DNA of 64,000 nt. Source: a bacterium (GTDB lineage: Bacteria > UBA8248). Shown here piece by piece: positions 1 to 9,011 of the stretch; the stretch's first letter is position 1; every line of letters begins with the position of its first letter. The notes beneath the pieces were generated by a model. That model searched no databases. It saw nothing but the letters and a program-made list of their open reading frames with translations, and was not told where the DNA came from. Location of the stretch: the NCBI GenBank assembly GCA_965204535.1, contig CBDBEV010000001.1, forward strand, positions 64,001-128,000, given 5' to 3'. The position numbers and the translations under genes were made by a program.

Positions 1-521
1 TTGATCTCCACCTCCATCCGCTTCCCGACGTTGACGCCCTGGAGCCAGTAGAGCAGGTCGGAGTCCGCCAGCGAGAACCAGAACTCCTCCCCGGCCAGGC
101 GCAGCAGGACCGGGTCGTTCAGGATCCCGCCCTTCTCGTTGCAGAGGATGACGTACTTCGCCTGCATCGGCCGGATGCGGGTCGCGTCGCGCGTGATGAC
201 GTAGTCGACGAACCGCTCCGCGTCCGGCCCCTTCACTTGAATCTGCCGCTCGACCGCGACGTTCCAGACCGTCACGTGGTTCGTCAGCACCTCGTGCTCG
301 ACGGCCGCGCCGCCCTCTTCGGGCCTGACGTAGCCGCGCGGATGGTAGATGCGGTTGTAGACCGTGGCCCGCCAGCAGCCCGCCTCGTGGGACAGGTGCC
401 AGTAGGGCGACTTCCGCACCCGCGTGGAGATGAGCATCTCCACGGGCGTCCGGCCGCTCTGGCGCAGGTTGACGGGAACGATCCGGTCGGACTGGTCGAC
501 ACTTTGCGGCTGTCCGTTCAT
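1..521 (-). CDS. Aminomethyltransferase (GcvT family), DmdA-like; 3' end runs off the window
   Basis: Not in the ORF track. Manual translation from ATG 521 (GGAGGAG RBS) gives MNGQPQSVDQ...RVRKSPYW...TVYNRIYHPRGY...VTVWNVAVERQIQVKGPDA...ILNDPVLLRL...FWFSLADSD, the motif order of DmdA-like GcvT proteins. Confidence 0.8.
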   Translation of the reverse strand, partial: MNGQPQSVDQSDRIVPVNLRQSGRTPVEMLISTRVRKSPYWHLSHEAGCWRATVYNRIYHPRGYVRPEEGGAAVEHEVLTNHVTVWNVAVERQIQVKGPDAERFVDYVITRDATRIRPMQAKYVILCNEKGGILNDPVLLRLAGEEFWFSLADSDLLYWLQGVNVGKRMEVEI

Positions 522-597
522 GGCTCCTCCTGCTCCGCCGCGCCTCACGGCTTTCCGGCGCGGCTCCGGTGCGCGAGCGCCTCTAAATGCTCAAGCG

Positions 598-855
598 GCG
601 GCTGTTGAAATAGCTGTCCTTGCTCGGAATTCACCACCCAGCGTCATTTCGGCGTCATTGCCGCTCCTGTTGTAGGGGTCGCATATATGCGACCCGATTT
701 TTCCGCCGCCCGACATGGGCCGCATATATGCGGCCCCTACAGGTGAAAACCAGCTTGGTGCGAAAGTAGCGCTTCTTTCCCCTCGCCCGAAAAACCCTCC
801 CGCATCGGGAGGGGGCAAAAGGGATGCCCCCGACGAGGGCTTTTTCAACAACCCC
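598..855. mobile_element. MITE-like unit with TGTTGAAA-type terminal inverted repeats enclosing a GTAG REP doublet
   Basis: Left GCGGCTGTTGAAATAGC and right GGCTTTTTCAACAACCCC; inverted GTAGGGGTCGCATATATGCGACCC / GGGCCGCATATATGCGGCCCCTAC at 671-741. Confidence 0.6.
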
Positions 856-1048
856 TCCTGGCTCGCGAAACTTGTAAACAGGGCGAATTATATGCCATAT
901 ATGCCATGATTCAAGGCCGATCTTCCGGTCGGGGCGTGATGCGGACGCCGACCCCGCTCACGGGGGCGAGACCGGAAACCGGCGCTCCCGGCTCCGGGGC
1001 CGGGCGCCTCGCGGGCCGTGACCGTCATGCGTACCTGGGGGATCCATC

Positions 1049-3601
1049 CTGAAAGACGCCATCACCAATCCAGCCGAGAGCGCTTCGCCGCCGCCTGCGC
1101 GGGCGACGATCGCCGTCATCGGCGCCGGCATCGTCGGGAATTGCCTGGTGGGACATCTGGCGGAGCTCGGGTGGGAGGACCTGGTGCTGATCGAAAAGGG
1201 GCCGCTGCCCAACCCCGGCGGTTCGACCGGCCACGCGTCGAACTTCATCTTCCCCACCGACCACGACCGCGAAATCACGCTGCTGACGCTGGAGAGCCAG
1301 CGCCAGTACGCCGCGCTCGGCGTCAACACCACGTGCGGCGGCATCGAAGTGGCGCGCACCGACGCGCGCATGGAAGAGTTGCGCCGGCGGATGACCTCGG
1401 CGCTTTGCCGGGGCATCGAGGCTGAGCTGCTCGATCCCGCCGGGGTGGTCGCCAGGGTGCCGTTCGTGAACGGCGACGTGATCCTGGGCGGCTTCTACAC
1501 GCCGAGCGTATCGGTGGTCGACCCGGTCCGGGCGGGCGCCATCATGCGTGAGCGGGCGCAGGCCAAAGGAGCGCTGACCGTGCTGGAGGGCACCGAGGTC
1601 ACCGGGCTTGAGGTGTCGCGCCCGGCGTTCGGCCGCCCGCGGGTCCGGGCCGTGGCGACGACGCGCGGTGAGATAGAGGTGGAGCAGGTGGTGATCGCGT
1701 GCGGCGTCTGGAGCCCGCGGGTCGCCGCGCTCGCCGGAGCGACCATCCCGCTTACCCCGGCGGTGCACCAGATGGTCGACATGGGCTCGATCGACCTGCT
1801 GCAAAGGACGGGAAACGAGATCGACTATCCGATCGTCCGCGACATGGACACCTTCATGTACGAGCGGCAGAGCCACGAGGCGATGGAGATCGGCTCGTAC
1901 GCCCATCGCCCCATCCTGGTGCGGCCCGACGACATCCCATCCAATACCGAGGCGGAGCGGACGCCCACCGAGCTGCCCTTCACCGGCGATGACTTCGCTC
2001 CGCAGCTCGATCACGCCCGGGCGATCATGGGCGAGTTGCTCGCCGGTTCCGAGATGCAGTATTCGGTGAACGGACTGCTCTCCCTGACCCCGGACGCGCG
2101 GCAGGTGCTGGGCGAGACCGCCGAGGTGGAGAAGCTCTGGTCGGCGGCCGCCGTCTGGATCAAGGAGGGCCCCGGCACGGCGCGCCTGATCGCCGAGTGG
2201 ATCACCCACGGCTATCCGCGCCTGTGCGACCCGCACGGCTCGGACATCACGCGGTTCTACCCGCACGAGCGGACCGAGCAGCACATCCGGCAGCGCTGCC
2301 GCGAGCACTTCAACAAGACGTACGGAATCGTGCATCCGCGCGAGCAGTGGGAGTCCGAGCGCGGCATGCACCGGGCGCCGTTCCACGACCGCACCGCGGA
2401 CCTGGGCGCCGAATTCTTCGAAGCGCACGGCTGGGAGCGGCCCCAGTGGTACGCGTCGAACGAGGACCTCGTCGACCGCTACGGCGTTTCGGACCGCCCG
2501 CACGAATGGGACCGCCGCTGGTGGTCGCCGATCATCAACGCGGAGCATCTCCACATGCGGGAGAAAGCCGGCATCGTGGATTTGAGCGCCTTCCAGATCT
2601 TCGACGTCAAAGGACCCGGCGTCGTGCCCTATCTCGATCAGCTGACGGTCAACCCCTGCGACCGTCCGGTGGGTTCTTCGATCTACACCCCGCTGCTGAC
2701 GCCCGAGGGCGGGATCCGCGCCGACCTCACCATACAGAGGCTGGCGGACGACCGGTTCCGGGTCGTGACCGGCGTCTTCGACGGTGCGCGCGACGAGGTC
2801 TGGTTCCGCCGCCATCTGCCCGGGGACGGCTCGGTCCAGTTCGAGAACCTCTCCTCAGCACTGTGCACCATCGGGGTATGGGGGCCGGACGCCCGCGCGC
2901 TGCTCTCAGGGATTGCGGACGCCCCGCTGACGCAGGAAGCGTTTCCGTACGGGACGACCCGGGAGGTGATCATCGACGGCGTCCCGACGACGATGCTGCG
3001 CATTTCCTACGTGGGCGAGAGCGGATGGGAGATCTACACGCGGGCGTCGCACGGCGCCCGCCTGTGGGACGCGATCCGGGAGGCGGGCCGCGCCTTCGAC
3101 GCCCGGCCCGTCGGCATCGGCGTCTACGGCACGACAGGACGCCTGGAGAAGGGATACGCGCTCATGGGCGCCGATCTCACGGCGGAGTACTCGCCGGTGG
3201 AGGCGGGCCTGGCGCGGCCCCGCGTGAAGGCCGCGGAATTCATCGGGAAAGAAGCCTACCTCAAGGCGCGCGCCGAAGGTCCGGCGGCGAAGCTGTGTAC
3301 GCTGACGGTGGACGACCAGGCCGGCGAATCCGGGATGCTGCGTTTCCCCGCCGGCAGCAGCGAACCGATCCTGACGCTCGAGGGGGAGCGCCTCGTCGAC
3401 GCGCGCGGACGGGAGTCCTTCGTCACCTCGGCCGGCGCGGGACCCTCCCTCGGCCAATACCTCCTGCTCGCCTATCTGCCGATCGACCAGGCGGCGCCCG
3501 GCAACAGGCTGCAGGTGCAATACATGAACGAGCGCTTCCCGGTGAGCGTGGCTGCGCGCTCGGCGATGTTCGACCCCGAGAACGCCCGCATGAAGGCATA
3601 G
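1049..3601 (+). CDS. FAD-dependent oxidoreductase fused to GcvT domains (dimethylglycine/sarcosine dehydrogenase-like)
   Basis: IAVIGAGIVG FAD motif lies upstream of the track start (1148); GGSTGHA, GWERP and RISYVGESGWEIY motifs. True start uncertain (CTG 1049 proposed). Confidence 0.88.
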   Translation: MKDAITNPAESASPPPARATIAVIGAGIVGNCLVGHLAELGWEDLVLIEKGPLPNPGGSTGHASNFIFPTDHDREITLLTLESQRQYAALGVNTTCGGIEVARTDARMEELRRRMTSALCRGIEAELLDPAGVVARVPFVNGDVILGGFYTPSVSVVDPVRAGAIMRERAQAKGALTVLEGTEVTGLEVSRPAFGRPRVRAVATTRGEIEVEQVVIACGVWSPRVAALAGATIPLTPAVHQMVDMGSIDLLQRTGNEIDYPIVRDMDTFMYERQSHEAMEIGSYAHRPILVRPDDIPSNTEAERTPTELPFTGDDFAPQLDHARAIMGELLAGSEMQYSVNGLLSLTPDARQVLGETAEVEKLWSAAAVWIKEGPGTARLIAEWITHGYPRLCDPHGSDITRFYPHERTEQHIRQRCREHFNKTYGIVHPREQWESERGMHRAPFHDRTADLGAEFFEAHGWERPQWYASNEDLVDRYGVSDRPHEWDRRWWSPIINAEHLHMREKAGIVDLSAFQIFDVKGPGVVPYLDQLTVNPCDRPVGSSIYTPLLTPEGGIRADLTIQRLADDRFRVVTGVFDGARDEVWFRRHLPGDGSVQFENLSSALCTIGVWGPDARALLSGIADAPLTQEAFPYGTTREVIIDGVPTTMLRISYVGESGWEIYTRASHGARLWDAIREAGRAFDARPVGIGVYGTTGRLEKGYALMGADLTAEYSPVEAGLARPRVKAAEFIGKEAYLKARAEGPAAKLCTLTVDDQAGESGMLRFPAGSSEPILTLEGERLVDARGRESFVTSAGAGPSLGQYLLLAYLPIDQAAPGNRLQVQYMNERFPVSVAARSAMFDPENARMKA

Positions 3602-3654
3602 CCGGACGAGGTACCGGACGGCTTGGCCGCCGAAGAGAGTGAAGAGAAGCACAT

Positions 3655-3903
3655 CCCTTTGAGGGCCAAACCCGATTGGTGAATGAGGGTTTGACGCAAC
3701 CGGAGAGGAGCGGTTTTTGTAGGTCGGACATATATGTCCGACATATATGCGACCCTGATTTTTTCACCACTAGAAGGGCCGCATGTATGCGGCCCCTGCA
3801 CTCCTTTTGGCCAGGCGGAATGACGGCTAAAACCGTGTTCGCTGTAGGGACAGGCCCCCGTGCCTGTCCTATGTGGGACAACCACAGGGGGTTGTCCCTA
3901 CGG
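3655..3903. repeat. Composite palindromic/REP cluster between convergent genes
   Basis: CCCTTTGAGGG, CAAACCC..GGGTTTGA, GTAGGTCGGACATATATGTCCGAC, GTAGGGACAGGCCCCCGTGCCTGTCC and GGACAACC..GGTTGTCCCTAC; same module order as 23888-24271. Confidence 0.8.
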
Positions 3904-5241
3904 ACCTGCCTCCCCCGCCGCCTGCTCGAACACCACCACCGGATCGAAGTCCGCGATATCCACCCGGGGCAATGAAACGCCCGCGTAGGCGCCCGCCGTG
4001 TGGAACTTCTCGAGCAGTTCCGCGTCGCTCAGCGGCCTTTCCGGCATCCCGTAAGCCACCCCGCAGAACCCGGCCGCGGACCGTCCGTCGCCGAGCGTCA
4101 GCGTGAGGCGGATGCACTCGGGGTATTTCGCGCGCATGGCGTCGGTGGAAAGGTCTGGGGCGCGCTTCACACTCACCCGCGCCATGAGGGAGGACTTCTC
4201 GGGGTTGACAGCGCCGGGTACCAGGTCTTCGAAGCGCACCCGGCCGTGAATCGCGGCGCAGGCCAGGGCGTAAGGCAGGCTGAACTGCATCTCCTGCGGC
4301 GTGGCCGGATTCGGGAAGACGAGGCTCTCGTAGACGAGCTTCGGCACTTCGGCATGAACCCCTGCGATCTCGTTCACGCTTGCGCCGAGTTCGGCCATGA
4401 GTTCGTTCATCTGCTCGATGGCCGCCAGCGCCGCCGAACATACCGGACTGGTCTTGAACAAAAGGCCCGGCTCGCACAGGCGCCAGCGCCTGCCGATGGT
4501 TTCGAGTTCGGCTTCTACGGCAACACCCCGGTTCAGCAGCTTCAGGAAACCCCGGCTATCCTCGAACGCGGCCTCCGGCCCGGTAAGCCCGGCCTGCGCC
4601 GCCCGGGCGAACGTGACGGCCCGCCGCGCGGCCTCGCCGACCAGGAGGGGCTTGGCGTCCGTGCCGAGCACCGCCTTCCCGCCGCCTGAGGCGGCTGCGG
4701 CCAGGCCGATCGCACTCGTCATCGCGTCCTCGTCCAGCCCCAGCAGGCATCCTGCGGCAACTGTCGCGCCCGTGAGCCCGAAAGTGGCCGTGCTCCACCA
4801 GCCGTCGAAATAGTGCGCGTGCGTGCAAATGTCGGCGAGGGCGTACGCCACTTCGGAACCCGCGATGAAGGCGCGGCGAAGCGCGTCGGCGCCGGAATCC
4901 AGTTCCTGCGCCAGAGCCATGGCGGCGGGCAGCACCACCGCCGAGCCGTGCATGATGCCCGTGTAGGACGTATCGTCGAAGTCCCAGACGTGCGCCGCCG
5001 TTCCGTTGACGAGCGCTGCGGCTTCGGCGTCCGTCCGCCCGCCGGTCGCGAGCGTCGCCTTCCCCTCCCCGCGCAAAGTGGCCTGAGCCAGAGCGCGCAC
5101 CGATGGATGGGCGCCCCCCGCAAGCATGACGCCCAGGGTATCGAGCATGGCCCTGTCCGCAACTTTATTGCCGTCCGAGTCGATGCATTCCAGACCGCAG
5201 GCGAACGCCGCGAATTGTCTGGCGATTGTCTGTGTACTCAT
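3898..5241 (-). CDS. MmgE/PrpD family protein
   Basis: NGTAAHVWDFDD, HGS, FKTSPVCS and FSLPY motifs; start trimmed to MSTQTIARQF. Confidence 0.88.
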   Translation of the reverse strand: MSTQTIARQFAAFACGLECIDSDGNKVADRAMLDTLGVMLAGGAHPSVRALAQATLRGEGKATLATGGRTDAEAAALVNGTAAHVWDFDDTSYTGIMHGSAVVLPAAMALAQELDSGADALRRAFIAGSEVAYALADICTHAHYFDGWWSTATFGLTGATVAAGCLLGLDEDAMTSAIGLAAAASGGGKAVLGTDAKPLLVGEAARRAVTFARAAQAGLTGPEAAFEDSRGFLKLLNRGVAVEAELETIGRRWRLCEPGLLFKTSPVCSAALAAIEQMNELMAELGASVNEIAGVHAEVPKLVYESLVFPNPATPQEMQFSLPYALACAAIHGRVRFEDLVPGAVNPEKSSLMARVSVKRAPDLSTDAMRAKYPECIRLTLTLGDGRSAAGFCGVAYGMPERPLSDAELLEKFHTAGAYAGVSLPRVDIADFDPVVVFEQAAGEAGP

Positions 5242-5290
5242 GTGGCGGCGGCGCTGTTCCGGGGCGGCGGCAGATGCCCCTTCAACCACC

Positions 5291-5713
5291 CTACGGAGCG
5301 GGTGGCGCGGACGTGCGGCGGATGAGTTCCCTGAGCGACTCGCTCTGGACCTTGATCGCTGCCATGTTTTCCTGATGCCGGCGTTCGATTGCCTCCATGT
5401 TTTCCTGGTGTTGGCGATCCAGAGCCGCCATCGTTTCCCGGTGCTGGTCGTTTTGCGCTTCTTGCTGACCTTTCAGCGTCGCCATGGCTTCTTGATGCCG
5501 GCTGTCCAGCGCCTTCATGGTCTCTTGATGCTGCGCCATGTTTTCCCGGTGCTGGGCGTCGCGTTGCTTCGCGGCCTGGCGCATGATGTAGAGACCATAG
5601 GCGATCAGACTGCATTGCGCGGCCCCGACGATCGCGGCGACCCATACGGCGGCTTGTTGCGCCGCGAGAGCGGCTTCTTGCAAGGCGAGGCTTGCAGTTT
5701 CGTATTCCGTCAT
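5291..5713 (-). CDS. Small membrane-anchored protein with 11-residue (R/Q)HQE(N/T/A)M repeats
   Basis: GGAG RBS before ATG 5713; hydrophobic helix AAVWVAAIVGAAQCSLIAYGLYIM followed by about six imperfect repeats. Confidence 0.7.
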   Translation of the reverse strand: MTEYETASLALQEAALAAQQAAVWVAAIVGAAQCSLIAYGLYIMRQAAKQRDAQHRENMAQHQETMKALDSRHQEAMATLKGQQEAQNDQHRETMAALDRQHQENMEAIERRHQENMAAIKVQSESLRELIRRTSAPPAP

Positions 5714-5890
5714 TCTGTTCTCTCCATTATTTTCTCGTGGAGATAGCAAGCCAAGCCAGTTTCACCCAGGCCGCGAAAGATGTCAAAGCGAAGGTGCGTC
5801 GGCATTCCGCCCGTTCTGTTCACAGGAGAGTCATTCCGGGATGCAGACGCAACGAACCTGTGCAAGACGGTGAGGCGTGGTGATTTCCCC

Positions 5891-7207
5891 TTAATACTCG
5901 AACACTGTGGGGCCGTCCACTTTTTCGCAGAGCACGGCGACGGCGGCGCGGGCGGCGCCGAGACGCCACTCACGTTCGGCCTCGGGCGTCCGGGAAGGGT
6001 CGCCGAATGGATGGTGGAAGTGCCCCGCGCGGTTGTTGACGATGCGGTTGACCCCGATGTCGCGCGCCACGTCGGGCAGGCAGGTGACGATGACGGTGGG
6101 GATGCCCTCCCGCTCCAAGGCTCTCGCCAGCGCAGCCCCGCTGCGCGTGCCGGTGCCTCACGTGGCGGGGAGCACGACGCCCTCGACACCGCCTTTTTTG
6201 AGTTCAACCGCCCAGGCGCGGCCGATGCCGTCCATCTCGACGAAGGCGCCGCCGTTCCCGCAGGTGCTCAGGAAATCGTCGTGGAGTTCGGCGATCTCGC
6301 CCTCGTCCGCAAGACGCCGGAAAGCGTCCACGGCGAGCATGCGGTCGGGCTCCTCGTTCACGAACACGGTGTTGAAGCCCCCGTGGATCGAGATGAACGT
6401 GCCGCCCGGAAGTGCGTCTTTCCCCTCGAATGAGTACGTGGCCCAGTTCCCGTTCCTCGATCCGGAGAAGCGGTCCGGGTTGCCGGGGGGGACCATTCCG
6501 CCTTCCGAAACGATGGCGATGCGGGCTTTCTTGAGGTCGGCGACGGGCTTAGGCGGTGCTATCTCTTCAAGCGCGGGAACGTCGAGTTCGGTCCGGTAGG
6601 GTTCGCCCTTGATTTTCCTTAAAACCATGTCGACGGCGCGGCGCGAGGTCGGTAGTTCGGCGATTTCATTGTAGCGGACTCCCCGAGGGAGGTAGCCCTC
6701 CTCTGCGGCGCTCCCGATCTCCTCGACCCGGGCGAGCTTGAGGCCCAGCCGTGCGGCGGCTTCCAGGGCCTCTTCCATGCCGACGGCGGAATCTGCGGCG
6801 GGGACCGTGTGGACGCCGGTGCCGGCGGCGGGGAAGCCCGGATTCTCCGGGTGCATGGCGGTGACGACGGGAATTCCTGCTTCCTCCGCAGCGCGGCAGA
6901 CGGCGGCGCAGGCCAGCCCGTAGCGCCCGGCGTTGAAGGCGGGTCCTGCGATAAGGAGATCGGGCGCGTATTCCTTGATGAGCGAAAGCGCTTCTGCGGC
7001 GCATGTCTCCTCGTTTTCAGCGAAAAGGCCGTCCCCCGCGAAGACGGTGCCGACGACTTCGGCGTCCCCGCCCAGGATTTTATCCAGCAATACGCCGGGG
7101 CCGACGGGGCCGGGCTTGGCGAATACGGGATGATCGCTCATGTCCTCGCCCCCGACGCCTGCGAAGAACTGGTTCAAGTAGTGAACGACCCGAAGTTTAG
7201 CGCTCAT
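5891..7207 (-). CDS. grdB: Glycine/sarcosine/betaine reductase component B selenoprotein subunit (GrdB/GrdF/GrdH family), 438 aa, Sec at UGA 6158-6160
   Basis: VVHYLNQFFAGVGGE, GPAFNAGRYG and IHGGF motifs. Track ORFs 6158-7207 and 5891-6118 join in frame as VLPAT-U-GTGTRSGAALARALEREGIP. Confidence 0.92.
6130..6160 (-). promoter_or_regulatory. Bacterial SECIS-like hairpin of grdB
   Basis: UGA, then 11 nt (GGCACCGGCAC), then a perfect stem-loop GCGCAGC-GGG-GCTGCGC. Confidence 0.75.
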
Positions 7208-7447
7208 GCCTGACCTCCTTGCAACTATTCATTCAGACAAAAATATTTGGGAATTATAAACTATTTTACTCAAATCACCTTGTCTTTCGAAATTTCGAGA
7301 TAACACCACTACCTCACTATTTCTTTGGTGAGTCTTGAGTGATGGAGCAAACAACAATTTTTATTGTTTAAGGGATAGGGGTAGTTATTTCTATTTCGAT
7401 TGAACTGCCTCGGCGATTCTTTTCTTAGTTCATTTTCTTTTCCAATT

Positions 7448-7927
7448 TCAAGATTTCGTCTCTCCTGAACTTGGGAAATTAAGTCTCCCTTGTTCTGAAG
7501 GTTGTGGCTCTCTTATAAGAAGAAGTGGCGTTCCAACAGTGCCGCTCTTTCCAATTAGATCTTCGTCAAAGGTTTCAAGCGCATCTACCGTGAGATTAAT
7601 AGCTGTCGCCACATGAATGGCATCTTTTGGTTTGATGGAATGGTCCCAAACAAGATCTTGTGCCGATTCAGCAATTTTTCTCGTAACGTTGTAAACACGT
7701 ATGTAACTACGTCGGAAGAATTTTTGAACTATCTCAGCCTTGTCTTTCGTGATCCGTGGAGCACCACGCATCCACAAGACTTCTGCAATCGTAAGAGTCG
7801 ATGTGACTATAACCACGTCTCCTCTGTCTGCCCTTTGCAATACTCCGTCGCATTTCTCGACTTTCCCTTCCTCGTTTTGAAAGTGGCCAAGAAAACAATC
7901 ACTGTCCCAATAAATCTTTTCCACCAT
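7448..7927 (-). CDS. PIN domain (VapC-like) ribonuclease
   Basis: IYWDSDC, TIAEV, PKDAIHVATA and TFDEDL: the acidic PIN active-site pattern. Confidence 0.85.
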   Translation of the reverse strand: MVEKIYWDSDCFLGHFQNEEGKVEKCDGVLQRADRGDVVIVTSTLTIAEVLWMRGAPRITKDKAEIVQKFFRRSYIRVYNVTRKIAESAQDLVWDHSIKPKDAIHVATAINLTVDALETFDEDLIGKSGTVGTPLLLIREPQPSEQGRLNFPSSGETKS

Positions 7928-7929
7928 AA

Positions 7930-8673
7930 TTATGTGCCTGCCATAATCCCGCGCACATCATCCGCTGTAGGCAATTCATCGTCTTCCGGCAATTCCTGGA
8001 TCACTTCGACTTCAATACTTATTGGAGTGCCGTTACGACGATAGTGAATACGCCCCTCGATCTCGACGCGACGCCGGAAGTTGTCAAGCACCTTGTTAAT
8101 CAAACTCTCTGGTACAACACAATTAATTGCACGCGGATAGAGGAAGTCTCTGACTCTGATCTTTAATCCCCCGGCCGCGTCCAAAATGGCCTCCAACCTG
8201 CCTTCAACTGTACCAAAGTCGTAATAATCGCTTCTCCAATCCTCTCGAATAACTTTCGCGATTCCAGAGCTTATGTTTATCGGTTTCTTCTCAACCCAAA
8301 GATTTACGCCCTTGCCATTCTGATGCTTTACAACCAAGTTAGATAGATTTTTCAAGTGGTCTATAGCCTTTTCAGATAGTCCCGCATCTTCAACGTTACC
8401 GTTTGCTAGTGCTATTGGTCCATGTTTTGCCTTCTTGTAGATCATAGCCAACCTAGATTTTGGCGCAGATGGGTCTGGTTCTACTCCAACTAATGCACTG
8501 CCTTCGTGAACGCGAACAACCCATGTAATGTCGGCTCCATCGCCTTTTTGCGCATCGGTAATCTCGGCGACATAACCCAAGAAATTACGAATAGCCAACA
8601 TAAAATCGTTGGGGGACAAGTCGTCTCCCAAGTCAATGGTCAGATCAGTGGGAATTTGATCCGGCGTAGCCAT
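7930..8673 (-). CDS. Hypothetical protein, partner of the PIN gene
   Basis: 247-aa AT-rich ORF with GAGG RBS, ending 2 nt before the PIN start; beta-rich C-terminal half (GTVEGRLE...VEIEGRIHY). Confidence 0.75.
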   Translation of the reverse strand: MATPDQIPTDLTIDLGDDLSPNDFMLAIRNFLGYVAEITDAQKGDGADITWVVRVHEGSALVGVEPDPSAPKSRLAMIYKKAKHGPIALANGNVEDAGLSEKAIDHLKNLSNLVVKHQNGKGVNLWVEKKPINISSGIAKVIREDWRSDYYDFGTVEGRLEAILDAAGGLKIRVRDFLYPRAINCVVPESLINKVLDNFRRRVEIEGRIHYRRNGTPISIEVEVIQELPEDDELPTADDVRGIMAGT

Positions 8674-9011
8674 ATTGTTTAGTCCTCTTTATATAATTCT
8701 ACGCCAAACAAAAACTTTTTTTAGTTTCAGCCAGATTAAGCTATGAAATCAAGTCAATGTTGCGGAGCCGCTTGCAGTCAAATCCCTTAGCCAGCGATTC
8801 CACCTACGTAATTTTCTCCATAGGCCTACAATAATAGCTGCCTGAAAATTCCAGTTGCTTTTAACATACAGGATATGAGTATTATTAATTTTCGTCTTTT
8901 TTACACCACCTGTGATTGCCTTGTCAACAACTCCCGGCTTTCCATCTTCTCTTGCACGTAGTTCTTGATATTCTTTTGTGTGGCGAACACCTGGTTGAGC
9001 GACTCCCGCCC

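Larger units (their letters stand above)
7215..9000. other. AT-rich insertion interrupting the grd operon (boundaries approximate)
   Basis: Abrupt visible shift to A/T-rich sequence and A/T-ending codons between the grdE stop and the grdB RBS. Confidence 0.7.

Noticed and set aside
886-912. ATATGCCAT direct repeat between the divergent GcvT-family genes as an operator
   Set aside because: Only two short copies and no regulator gene in the window; too weak to call.
1025-2815. Long antisense or alternate-frame ORFs (also 2197-3642, 15418-17124, 16683-18377, 51626-53095 and others)
   Set aside because: They shadow well-supported genes, carry no motifs, and are expected in high-GC DNA.
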